Below are positions 10,901 through 18,623 of a DNA stretch of 64,000 nt, piece by piece (position 1 is the stretch's first letter; every line of letters starts with the position of its first letter). The notes beneath the pieces were generated by a model. It saw only the letters and a list, made by a program, of their open reading frames with translations. It did no database searches and was not told the DNA's origin. Where the stretch lies: positions 1-64,000 of the forward strand of contig JANOAV010000122.1 in NCBI GenBank assembly GCA_031411295.1, in the 5' to 3' direction. Origin of the DNA: Verrucomicrobiales bacterium. GTDB taxonomy: Bacteria > Verrucomicrobiota > Verrucomicrobiia > Verrucomicrobiales > V1-33. The translations under genes and the position numbers were made by a program.

Positions 10901-13244
10901 CAACGGACAGTGGGATGTTGGCGAGACAGGCCTCGGAAACATCACCGTTACCCTAACAGGAACCCCGCTGACCGGCGGCACGCTCACGCTGACTCAACCG
11001 GACACAGACACGAATGGGGCCTGGCAATTTCTGGTTCCGGCCGGCACTTACACCGTGAGTTATGCCATGAATGATCCCGAAATCCCTGCGGGTCTGACTG
11101 TATCCACCACTCCGGATTCTTATCTAGTGGCCACGACTCCCGGTGGACAGTGGCTCGGTCTGGATTTTGGCAGGGATCATGCGGGCACCATCGGCACCAC
11201 GATTTTTGCCGATGTAAACAGCAGTGGTTTCCGCAACGTCGGGGAATCCGGAGTCTCCGGAATCACCGTAAACCTTTACTCCACGACCCCAACGGCCGTG
11301 CTCATCGCCACGCAATTGACTGATGGCAATGGTCGCTGCTCGTTTACCGGCTTGCCGGACGCCACCTACGAGGAGCGCGTGGACCAAGCCGGACTGCCCG
11401 CCTCCTTCATCTCCACCCCCACCGCCGATCCGGATCCCCTCAAGGACGGGAAAGGCATTGTGGTGCTGAGCGGCGGAGTAACGGTTCCCGACCTCCTGTT
11501 CGGATACGCCCCGGCCGTATTTGTTCACAGCATCACCGGCGTGGTGTTTGAGGATGCCAATGGCAACGGCTCCGCCACCCTCCCCGCCGAAGGGCGTAGC
11601 GGTATCACCGTGACCGCAGCGATTGATGCCGATCAGAATGGAACGCCCGAACAAACGCTGACGACTGTCACTACTTCCGACGGGGCCTGGACCTTCCTGG
11701 GTATTCCTGCCAATGCCAGCGTCACCATCAGGGTGCTGACCGGCACCCTGCCCACCACCGCCTATGTGCAAACCATCGATCCCGACGCCACGCTCAACCA
11801 CCAGACCACCATCGCCTCTCTGAGCACCGATTTAACCGGGGTGAATTTTGGCTACGTTCAGCAGTTCGCCAGCCTCAGCGGCACCGTGGTCACCGGCAAC
11901 GGAGACGGGATCGCGGGGGGCGGAGAATCAGGCCACAGCGGCGTTTCCATCACCCTGAATTCTGCCGGCCCGGACAATGTGCTCGGGACCAGTGACGACA
12001 CGACGACGACCCAGACCACGATCGTCGCGGGGGCCTATGGCTTTACGAATCTGCTGCCGGGAAGTTATGAAATCGTCAAATCCAATCCCGCGTTCTATCG
12101 CAGTCTCGCAGATGCGGACGGGGGCAATCCGGATATTATCTCCCTCACCCTTGTCCCTGGGCAAAATCGCACCGGGATGGATTTCGAGCTAGCACTTACC
12201 CCTCGCACCGGCCACCTTTTTACTGATTCCAATGGCGATGGTCAGCAAAATGCGGGGGAACCAAATCTCGCCAACACCAGCTTCACGGTCACGGAAGTGA
12301 ATGGCACTCCCCACACGGTCATCACCGATGCCACCGGCAATTGGACGCTCACCGTGCCGCCTGGATCGTTGACCCTTAGCCTGACACTGCAACCCGGCCT
12401 GATTTATTCGCTGCCTCTGTCCACCCTCATCTCAAATGTCGGAGCCCCGCCGGTGCTCGGATTCTACGGCGGCACCTTCACCGGCACCATTCCGACTGGT
12501 GGCAGTCTGTTGGTGCTCATCCAGCCGCCTGCCGACGCCGTGCGTATGCGGCTGATCGGCACCCACTCAGCAGACGTGGCCGTGCGCCTGCAGGCAAGTG
12601 ACGATCCAGGGACCAGCGGATCCACGCTCTGGGGCAGTTCCGGCGTCGTCAATTCCCTGCTTACCACGCCGCTCTCCACCACCGTCGCCCCCTGGCAACC
12701 GGGAGTCACCTATTACATCCGCCTCGTGAACAATGGCACCACCCCGCAACCAGTCACACTGACGAGCGATGGCCGCACCGTTGCCACCGATGACGAGGAT
12801 GCTGATGGGATGGCTGACGCCTGGGAGGTGCTTCACTATGGCGACACCACCGGTGCCCCCAATAGTGACACGGACTTTGATGGCATCGACACCCTCATGG
12901 AGTTTCTCTACGGCACCTCGCCAACCGTGCCCAATGGTTCCGCGCTCCCGAACAGCCTTACCGCAACCAACACCGCCACCACGATCAACCTCACCTTCAG
13001 CCGTCCAGCCATCTTGCCGCCCGGCCTCCGGCTTCGACTGCTGGAATCTTCAGATCTTGAGCACCTTAGCTGGCAACCACTCACCATCCTGACCGGTAAC
13101 ACCGGTTGGGTGGGTTCAGTCACCGTCAATGAGACCGCCCCCGCCAACGGACGCGTCGAGGACAGCATCACTATCAACCTCTCCGGTGCCGACGCCCAGC
13201 GCATGTTCTTCAAACTGGAACTCACCACCGTTCCCGCGCCATGA
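4905..13244 (+). CDS. Giant surface adhesin-like protein (2779 aa): DUF11-like Ig domains, many SdrD-B/CnaB-like repeats, DNRLRE-type domain, verrucomicrobial C-terminal module
   Basis: Signal peptide (..LLFCQDALA); repeated 'IGDxVWxDxNGNGxxDxxEPGxxGVxVxLY...TDxxGxYxFxGLxxGxY...DFG'; 'VGETFTYRLT...TVTGVLPAGLSF' (DUF11-like); 'DSTIEE...NNG...AALISF...WTEGTVSW...FDVTNLVRGW' (DNRLRE-like); C-terminal 'DADGMADAWE...DTDFDGIDTLMEFLYGTSP...RMFFKL'. Confidence 0.85.
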   Translation: MMNLRSAYPSFVTVIALLFCQDALANLDQKATAITFDDETIARLMARAAANQPLFQKDDIAGVLVKTTPGPGSNTGMGGYLSFYLPPGTQVVEAEYLQPGSGGTLAPSPIKGPAVAPLGNGPIAAKTTTALNGLNCGPNLLGITSAAVTTIGVHRGTLAGLYADTGIFYATDARTAWQSFTASGGFDGNVATSDNLLTNYRGEASVPVTKWDPMQLIGFGLSAPASPVIDPDGRGNLPWGLGSVVAGPESGYGYAFNRDYWQANPTDPNRMKNSITPGPWRRIGYAGSQAGKDSPGLSSSALGFVGVNVAGQGYDFQINSSKSTQDLLRYGNPLPATLNLTDATSPKALRFSVGSLELSRPEYARVRLRILANRGQPGSPFDAAGGLVLNSDAFSSDSGGENGGRHHAWRSYKPSTVSVNFAAMLQMTGSKPFVAVGETFTYRLTAIAAGTNALNAVTVTGVLPAGLSFLSSTPPPTSLAPLTWTFPALDPNKPVANPPVRTITMNVKATGGGTYTSSATLAATGGITASASESTLAGMAPLLITDLAATPSFVVPGATVSYTLIIHNYGSGPSASPLVLKDQLPTGFSFTGLTSSLINGATLPTGAVKITAPTPDKPIFTVSGAIAAGKSLRLTFNALVTNLADAGTCGNAFSVLQNGREISSPSLGLVTVGGGRLGNTVYRDWNGNGIQDTGEEGVTGVSVQLLFAGANGTFGNGDDVLTTAVTDSNGKFLFTGLAAGNYRTTVPTANFNTGQPLTSYLPTGDADGTATPNQATTSLTTNEVKLTQNFGYRFNSLSPNAASIGDTIFSYENNNGIENIGEPGIPNITVDLYEDTNGNGVINADDVKIATVSSADGIIGDLNGDGEIDPEGYYLFKGLDPMRKYIVDVDSEDPEFMTAFGRGPHPSTPDKVAVGAFTAGFFDAADFGFFGGPPASIGDQIYIDTNRNNVYDPGDLPIAGLTLKLYLDSNGDGIANESVAATLVSDASGRYQFTNLGSANYIVKIEPTDPAIPVATIPLVTQQLATVQTGDDYADADFHFVRLLEKAVDKSFATAGQMLRYTLSPYYPGSSSLSNLIVTDIIPSGATYAGGASPVPTAQPSIGGTGTVQWNLGSTVAAVSGAIISPGYAPTAATQTTTAQVVDSTIEEGRLTTNNGTNNEIKTRPETGSRKAALISFSLPTLTATDLIDRAVVRLTVSSARSANHTVSLRALNTAWTEGTVSWGDTDGVGAGDWTTTGVFGTNDYGSLSYGSYNAPFKKGQTLEFDVTNLVRGWRDGTIPNLGVALVATGTDNGDLGFYSSEGQSAGVKPGPQLVVEYSSSGNVTNATLLDAFASASYALNAGTRNWTGGWIETGDDGDPGGGKIKISGGTMTIADTLNCSVSRQANLSGATAAAIEFNLTANSLDNFADQIVAQASNNAGLSWVTLLNMTLGTPLGLKSFDLISALGSVGPNTLVRFARIGGGGAGKNILLDNVKITFSTPAGATTATTMAADTALATGTRDIAVTMTVTSSVSVTVTPPPALTLTATGGATAVKLSGPTPSSASASPTGTTFTYHYAVSAGTSIGSVRFSGTPTGPAGFSFAVASSQSVLTTAPLTFASTVNTPAPLPPVSNIASLSGTGLLISSPLAVTATTASIGDTVWADLNGNGIRDAVEPGLSGVSLRVYADANQDGLPDGPPVGTAVTDVAGKYRLYGLSAGHYLAGYDFTTVLPLSLPTTPVYIPVYNLAAYQQFSGANFGVHPPLPAGSPQACTVGDSLWIDADLNGLSDSWELPLQSIPVKIYADVNNNGLVDLADALLASSTTNTTGQYAFAGLQAARYLVDVVETAPAFPAELLLGSGGANLTTGLLAINPTSGTVADMADFGYAYDGSITGVIFRDDNSNTLRGPGESAAANVEIFLYPDTNANGIIDLDEVPIAETMADAAGLYTFAKLPPGAYIVNVDESTVTTATGTTGSMVPTAGSQRIISLSALEHRTGVDVGFVEGSVVAGLIIHDADGNGQWDVGETGLGNITVTLTGTPLTGGTLTLTQPDTDTNGAWQFLVPAGTYTVSYAMNDPEIPAGLTVSTTPDSYLVATTPGGQWLGLDFGRDHAGTIGTTIFADVNSSGFRNVGESGVSGITVNLYSTTPTAVLIATQLTDGNGRCSFTGLPDATYEERVDQAGLPASFISTPTADPDPLKDGKGIVVLSGGVTVPDLLFGYAPAVFVHSITGVVFEDANGNGSATLPAEGRSGITVTAAIDADQNGTPEQTLTTVTTSDGAWTFLGIPANASVTIRVLTGTLPTTAYVQTIDPDATLNHQTTIASLSTDLTGVNFGYVQQFASLSGTVVTGNGDGIAGGGESGHSGVSITLNSAGPDNVLGTSDDTTTTQTTIVAGAYGFTNLLPGSYEIVKSNPAFYRSLADADGGNPDIISLTLVPGQNRTGMDFELALTPRTGHLFTDSNGDGQQNAGEPNLANTSFTVTEVNGTPHTVITDATGNWTLTVPPGSLTLSLTLQPGLIYSLPLSTLISNVGAPPVLGFYGGTFTGTIPTGGSLLVLIQPPADAVRMRLIGTHSADVAVRLQASDDPGTSGSTLWGSSGVVNSLLTTPLSTTVAPWQPGVTYYIRLVNNGTTPQPVTLTSDGRTVATDDEDADGMADAWEVLHYGDTTGAPNSDTDFDGIDTLMEFLYGTSPTVPNGSALPNSLTATNTATTINLTFSRPAILPPGLRLRLLESSDLEHLSWQPLTILTGNTGWVGSVTVNETAPANGRVEDSITINLSGADAQRMFFKLELTTVPAP

Positions 13245-13479
13245 AGCAAGGAAATTGACCGCCCGGACCTGCTCCATTGAAATCGTGCGGATCACTCCGC
13301 ATTCAGCACGACACGCAGGATCACCCCGTGGCCGGGGAAGGGATTTTGCCAACATCTGTTTGGTCACGAGTGGTGTATGGGAGGCATCGGAAGTGTTGCC
13401 GCCAGCATGCTTGCCACGAGCCACGCCATGCGGTATTACTCCCGCTGGAATCTATTTTCCCAAAATTCTTTGCCACGCC

Positions 13480-14346
13480 ATGAAAACCGCCGTCTTCCTG
13501 ACCTTCGCGCTAGCCACGAGCGCGTTTTCCCAATCCACGATCAGCAGCACCAACCGCTACTCCTATGCTGCCAACGCCGGGTGGATCGACTGGAACCTGT
13601 CTCCGACAGCCGCAGATGGCATCGTGGTTACGGACACCTTCCTCTCCGGCTATGCCTCTGCCGCCAACTTCGGTTACATCCATTTCGGAAACGGATCCCC
13701 CACCAATGGCAGCACCTATGCCAACACCACGGCCACAAACTATGGGGTAAACTTGTCTGTGGATGGGCTGCTCACCGGCTACGCCTACGCAGCTAACATC
13801 GGCTGGATCCAATTTGAACAAACCCAGGGCCAGCCGAAACTGAATTTACTAACAGGACAGTTTTCCGGTTCCGCCTACTCGGCAAATATTGGCTGGATCG
13901 CACTGGACACCACTCTCAGCACCCTAGCCACCACCACCATCAGCCGCCCGGACAGCGATGCCGATGGGATCCCCGATCCCTGGGAACGCTTCTATTTTGG
14001 CAACCTTACCCGCGCCACCGCCGCCACCGACAAGGACGGGGATGGCATGAGCGACGCTGCGGAATACCTCGCAGGCACGGACCCCACCGACCCCGCTTCC
14101 AAGCTGCGCATTGCCGCCCAGAGCTACAGCCCTAACTACAACCAAGCCACCCTCACCTGGACCATCGTGCCCTCGCGGAACTATCACATAGAACACGACA
14201 CCGACCTGCTAGGCGTCTGGACAGACGCCACGGGAAACTTCACGCCTACAGCAGGAGCGACAGCCACCCGCACCCTCGTCCTGGGCCTGAGTGCCGGCCC
14301 ACCGCGTCGATTCTTCCGCGTAGTTGCCGTGCCGCCGCTTCCCTGA
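13480..14346 (+). CDS. Secreted protein with four GYAYAANIGWI-type repeats plus verrucomicrobial C-terminal module
   Basis: ATG13480 gives signal peptide MKTAVFLTFALATSAFSQ; repeats YSYAANAGWI, GYASAANFGYI, GYAYAANIGWI, GSAYSANIGWI; 'DSDADGIPDPWE...DKDGDGMSDAAEYLAGTDP...RRFFRV'. Confidence 0.8.
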   Translation: MKTAVFLTFALATSAFSQSTISSTNRYSYAANAGWIDWNLSPTAADGIVVTDTFLSGYASAANFGYIHFGNGSPTNGSTYANTTATNYGVNLSVDGLLTGYAYAANIGWIQFEQTQGQPKLNLLTGQFSGSAYSANIGWIALDTTLSTLATTTISRPDSDADGIPDPWERFYFGNLTRATAATDKDGDGMSDAAEYLAGTDPTDPASKLRIAAQSYSPNYNQATLTWTIVPSRNYHIEHDTDLLGVWTDATGNFTPTAGATATRTLVLGLSAGPPRRFFRVVAVPPLP

Positions 14347-14599
14347 AATAATCATTCACCACCCACCCAAGGAGCGGCAGCGTCAGCCACTCCACCGCCA
14401 CCTCCAACGGCTCGACCGGCATCATCGCCAACAAGGCAGCGTAAATTAATGCAGGCACCTTTTTGCTTCCAGTTCCTTTGCCAGATTGCATTCCCTCGAC
14501 ACAGTCATCAAGCCTTGCGAATCCCTTTGACAACGGCCAATGGCTATTTTCCAATCGCAACCAATCACGGGCATTGCCATGCTTTACCAAATTATCTAC

Positions 14600-15589
14600 A
14601 TGTCATTCCGCAAACTCCTCGGACTCGCCCTACTTGCATCCCTCACGTGGTCCCGGGCGGATTAAGTATTCCACTACCTAGAGAAAGACCCCGTCGTAGC
14701 CTTTGCCGCACCGGATGATTGGACTGGAAAAGTGAAAAGTGGCAGCCTCTTCCTCCTGCCTCCAGCGGGAGATGGAGACGACCTCATCGTGGAACTCTCC
14801 ACCATGGAAGCGGGCATGGACGACGAAAAGGCAGCGCTGGCAGAGGCCAAAGACAGCATCAACGAGTTCAAGAAACTAAAGTTCGACGCCACCCAACACG
14901 CCACCAGTAATACCCTGGGCGTCACCATTCTCAATGCCGAGGGCGAGGACAAGCACGGCCCTGCGAAGATCGCTCTCCTCATTCTTGGCGCGCCCAAGGC
15001 AAAGTATCCCATTCTGGCATCCTTCATTTCCAGCCCGGATGGTCATAAGACGCACCTGGACGCCATCAACGGCATCATCAAAAGCCTCCAGCCTAGCCCC
15101 AAAGGCTCCGCTGCCAAGGCTGCCAAAGACGAACCCGCCAGCTCAGGCAATGCCCAAACCTTTGCCTATCCCGCCAAAGGCAAACCCACCTACTCCTTCG
15201 AAATCCCAGCCGACTGGAAAATGCAAAAGTCCGACGAAGGCGTCAACATCGTTTCCGCCGACCAGGGCATCGGCATGAACGTCCTCACCATTGACATGGC
15301 GGGCGTGGAGACCGCCGCCGAAGCCATCAAGAAGCGCGTGGGCGCAGACTACAAGAGCATCGAGTGGGCTCCGCCCATGGAGAAAAAGGAAGCGGACAAA
15401 GGCATCCACGTGAAGTCCGAAGACGCAACCGCCATGGACGACGACGGGAAATACAAAGTCAGCGTCCTGCAACTCATCAAGAAAGGCAGCGATAAATTCA
15501 TCGTCATCATCGTCCAAGCCCCGGAAAAAGCCGTGACCGCCGGTGGCGAAGCCTGCATGAAGTTCCTCATGTCCATGAAGGTAAACTAG
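14600..15589 (+). pseudogene. Secreted two-domain hypothetical protein interrupted by in-frame TAA at 14663-14665
   Basis: Manual translation from ATG14600: MSFRKLLGLALLASLTWSRAD*VFHYLEKDPVVAFAAPDDWTGK joins the 14732 ORF in frame; VFHY...PVVAFAAPDDW parallels the internal TFAYP...PTYSFEIPADW, suggesting a duplicated domain. Confidence 0.7.
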
Positions 15590-15758
15590 CCCGCATTTCT
15601 CACCAAATTCTGCTGCGGCTTGATCTTGCTTGATCTACCTGCGTTGCGCTTGGTTGCTCCCTGGACAGTATGTCCTCATACAGCCCGGCGTCGCATCCTG
15701 CGCGCGCCTTGGTAAATCGAACAATCTCTGCGCCTCGCGACAAATCTGGTGAGAAATG
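15586..15758. mobile_element. About 170-bp MITE-like palindromic element
   Basis: Terminal inverted repeats CATTTCTCACCAAATT (15594-15609) and AATCTGGTGAGAAATG (15743-15758), 15/16 match; internal CTGCGTTG (15639) and CGCCTTG (15705); left CTAG supplies the upstream gene's stop; no coding capacity. Confidence 0.6.
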
Positions 15759-16003
15759 AGATGTTTGCGGAAGTGGGCGCTGGCTTGGGATATTTCCGTG
15801 GCGTATGCGGAATACAGTTTCTTTCAAGAGAACTTGTGAGTGCCAATCGGTTACGAAGAGCCGACAAAACTCCAACCAATCACCCGTCTGGCTAGTGCTA
15901 ATGGAAAGTCTGCGGCGATACTTGTCAGGAAATTTTGAAACAATGTAGCCAGGCTCATTTTCCGAGGATTTCAAAATCGCTCAATCTTTCACTGGATAAA
16001 GAA

Positions 16004-16078
16004 TGGCGACCTCTACGGGAATCGAACCCGTGTTACAGCAGTGAAAGTGCCGTGTCCTAACCGCTGGACGAAGAGGTC
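16004..16078 (-). tRNA. tRNA-Glu (anticodon TTC)
   Basis: Reverse complement GACCTCTTCGTCCAGCGGTTAGGACACGGCACTTTCACTGCTGTAACACGGGTTCGATTCCCGTAGAGGTCGCCA: acceptor stem, GGTTCGATTCC T-loop, TTC anticodon, encoded CCA. Confidence 0.96.
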
Positions 16079-16242
16079 TTAGTGCTGAGCTGTTTAGCTC
16101 GCGCGGGGCGGCACCTTCCTTGGGAGTAAGGGGTTTGCAAGTAAATTTTTGAGATTTGCGCGATTTTACTCATGGGTTTGTCGTTAAATTGCTTGAGGAA
16201 ACTTTGCGTGCAATCAGGGCGCGGGGTGCGTATGCTCTGCTG

Positions 16243-17034
16243 ATGAAATGTTGTTTACTCCTTGCTCTGTTTTTTCCGCTTACTGCCTGTGGCCCCCAAG
16301 CTGGTGGCAATTCCGGCTCTGCTCCTTTGCGTGTGGGGATGGAGTTGAGCACTCCGCCGTTTGAAATGGCGGATCCGAATGGCAAACCCGATGGGGTCAG
16401 TGTGCGTTTGGCGGAGGCGATGGCAGCAAAGCTCCAGCGGCCTCTGCAGATTGAAATATTAGCCTTCAAGGGATTGGAAACGGCCCTAAAGTCTGGGAAG
16501 ATCGATGTCATTCTGTCTTCGATGACGGATACTCCGAAGCGTCGTGAGTCGATTTCCTTTTCCGAACCCTACTGTCACATCGGTCTGGCTTTACTGGTGC
16601 CAAAGACTTCTTCGGTGCAATCGGTGGCCGATCTGAATCAAGCGGGGAAGAAGGTGATTGTCCGGCTGGGGACGACGGCGGCGGACTATGTGAAGACCAC
16701 GTTGCCGCAGGCGGAAATTATCATGCTAGATCAAAATGCAGCCTGCCTGTTGGAGATCACGCAGCAGAAGGCGGATGCCTTCATTTACGATCAACTTTCG
16801 ATCCAGAAACTGCAAGCTTCCCAGCCCGACACCACCCGGGCAATTCTCGCTCCGCTGCAACGCGAGGCTTGGGCCATGGCACTGCGGAAGGATGATGCCG
16901 AACTCAAATCCAAGATCGATGCCTTCCTAGCCGAGTATCGACAACAAGGTGGATTCACCCAGTTGGCCGAGCGCTATCTGGCGGCGGAAAAGGCAGCCTT
17001 GGCTGCGCAGAGGGTGCCGTTTATTTTCGAGTGA
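16243..17034 (+). CDS. Polar amino acid ABC transporter substrate-binding lipoprotein (SBP_bac_3)
   Basis: Lipobox LTAC; 'LRVGMELSTPPFE', 'LKSGKIDVILSSMTDTPKRRESISFSEPY'. Start placed at ATG16243. Confidence 0.92.
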   Translation: MKCCLLLALFFPLTACGPQAGGNSGSAPLRVGMELSTPPFEMADPNGKPDGVSVRLAEAMAAKLQRPLQIEILAFKGLETALKSGKIDVILSSMTDTPKRRESISFSEPYCHIGLALLVPKTSSVQSVADLNQAGKKVIVRLGTTAADYVKTTLPQAEIIMLDQNAACLLEITQQKADAFIYDQLSIQKLQASQPDTTRAILAPLQREAWAMALRKDDAELKSKIDAFLAEYRQQGGFTQLAERYLAAEKAALAAQRVPFIFE

Positions 17035-17050
17035 TGGGGGTTAAATCTGC

Positions 17051-17812
17051 ATGCACCCGACCCACCGCCCCCATCGCATCCTGACCTCCCTGTTGCTGGG
17101 TGGCTTGGTTTTGCTCGGGTTGCTGTTTCTGTGTTGGCAAATTTTCACCTCCCTGAAATATCATTGGAACTGGCAGGGGATGTGGGAGCAACGGGCTTTG
17201 CTGGTGCGCGGTTGGTGGATGACGCTGGGGATTTCCGCCGGGGCGCTGGTGGGAACGTTTCTCTTCGGACTGCTGTTAGCAGCGGGGCAATCGACGCGTG
17301 AACCTGTGACGCGTCTGGTCTGTCGCACTTATGTGGAAATCATTCGCGGCACGCCACTGTTGACGCAACTGTTGTTGGGCTATTACGTGGTGGGCTCGGC
17401 CTTGCAGATCGACAACAAAATCTGGGCCGGCATTCTGTTACTGACCTCGTTTGAAGGCGCCTATCTGGCGGAAATATTCCGGGGCGGGGTGGCGAGCATT
17501 GAGCGGGGCCAATGGGATGCCGCCCGCGCACTCGGCTTTACACCCTGGCAGACTTGGCGTTGGGTGATTTTGCCGCAAACGATGCGTCGCGTGCTGCCGG
17601 GGCTGGCAGGTCAGAGCGCCAGTCTAATCAAGGATTCCAGCCTTCTGAGCGTCCTTGGCGTGGCGGAATTCGCCAAGCAAACAGATCTGGCCGTGAGCAC
17701 CGCCAGCGCCCCACTCGAGGGCTACCTTCCGATGGCGTTAGGCTACCTTGCGCTCACCCTGCCATTGAGCTACCTGGCCCGACGCTGGGAAAGGAGGTGG
17801 CAAGTCGCATGA
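17051..17812 (+). CDS. Polar amino acid ABC transporter permease
   Basis: 'YVEIIRGTPLLTQL', 'AYLAEIFRGG...GQWDAARALG', 'LIKDSSL'. Confidence 0.93.
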   Translation: MHPTHRPHRILTSLLLGGLVLLGLLFLCWQIFTSLKYHWNWQGMWEQRALLVRGWWMTLGISAGALVGTFLFGLLLAAGQSTREPVTRLVCRTYVEIIRGTPLLTQLLLGYYVVGSALQIDNKIWAGILLLTSFEGAYLAEIFRGGVASIERGQWDAARALGFTPWQTWRWVILPQTMRRVLPGLAGQSASLIKDSSLLSVLGVAEFAKQTDLAVSTASAPLEGYLPMALGYLALTLPLSYLARRWERRWQVA

Positions 17813-18546
17813 AACTCGATGTCACTTCCATTATCAAAGCCTACGGCTCCCAACGCGCGCTGGATGAACTCTCCCTAACCGTTCCTGAAGGCACGCGGTG
17901 TCTCGCCCTCATTGGCCCCTCTGGTGGTGGGAAATCCACGCTGCTGCGACACCTCGGCGGCTTGGAAGTCCCTGACTCCGGCAACGTAGCGGTCAATGGC
18001 TATGCGCTACCCCACGACGAATCCAGCCTGCGGCAATTCCGGCGGAGCAACGGATTTCTCTTTCAAGGGTATAACCTTTTTCCGCACTTATCCGCTTTGG
18101 AAAACATCACTCTGCCATTGGTCCAGGTGCAGGGCAAATCCCCTGCGGAAGCGCGAGAAATCGCCTCCCAAAATTTAACCCGTTTTGGCCTCGCTCCCCA
18201 CTCTGCCAAATTCCCCCAGCAGCTCAGCGGTGGTCAGCAACAACGCGTGGCGTTGATCCGATCCTACGTGGCGGCTCCCGAAATCCTGTTGCTTGATGAA
18301 CCCACCGCCGCGCTGGATCCGGAAATGACGGTCGAAGTGCTGGAGTTCGTCCAGGAACTGCGGCAAGCTGGTCAGGAGGTTATCCTGTGCACCCACGAAA
18401 TGGGCTTCGCCAAGGCCGCCGCAGATCTCGTGGCCTTCGTGGCGCATGGCAAAATCATCGAGTGTGCCCCACCTGCGGCACTTTTTGACCACCCCCGTGA
18501 TCCCGCCGTTCAGCAATTCCTGCAGCGAGTGCTCGCGTTTCGGTGA
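17809..18546 (+). CDS. Polar amino acid ABC transporter ATP-binding protein (GlnQ-like)
   Basis: ATGA overlap with the permease stop; Walker A GPSGGGKST, LSGGQQQR, LLLDEPT, H-loop THE. Confidence 0.95.
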   Translation: MKLDVTSIIKAYGSQRALDELSLTVPEGTRCLALIGPSGGGKSTLLRHLGGLEVPDSGNVAVNGYALPHDESSLRQFRRSNGFLFQGYNLFPHLSALENITLPLVQVQGKSPAEAREIASQNLTRFGLAPHSAKFPQQLSGGQQQRVALIRSYVAAPEILLLDEPTAALDPEMTVEVLEFVQELRQAGQEVILCTHEMGFAKAAADLVAFVAHGKIIECAPPAALFDHPRDPAVQQFLQRVLAFR

Positions 18547-18623
18547 ACCTCATTTCCAGCTTGAGAATTCGGTCAGTTGCGACTGATTGCGCAGTTCCGA
18601 GTCCCCTTTCTCCCCCACTGTTT

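Noticed and set aside
13129..13479. N-terminal extensions from the ORF track (also at 16156, 17512, 18543, 38096, 41579, 43538)
   Set aside because: Downstream ATGs give proper signal peptides or operon overlaps; the extensions overlap neighbours or look non-coding.
14246..14590. Minus-strand ORF with a hydrophobic stretch
   Set aside because: Overlaps the 3' end of the upstream gene and has no convincing family motif.
555..15589. Alternative genetic code or selenocysteine explaining the in-frame stops
   Set aside because: The stops are of different types (TGA, TAA), TGA ends many normal genes here, and the TGA context has no redox motif.
15600..15974. Integrase remnant downstream of tRNA-Glu
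   Set aside because: The 124-aa ORF runs through the MITE-like element and shows no recombinase motifs.
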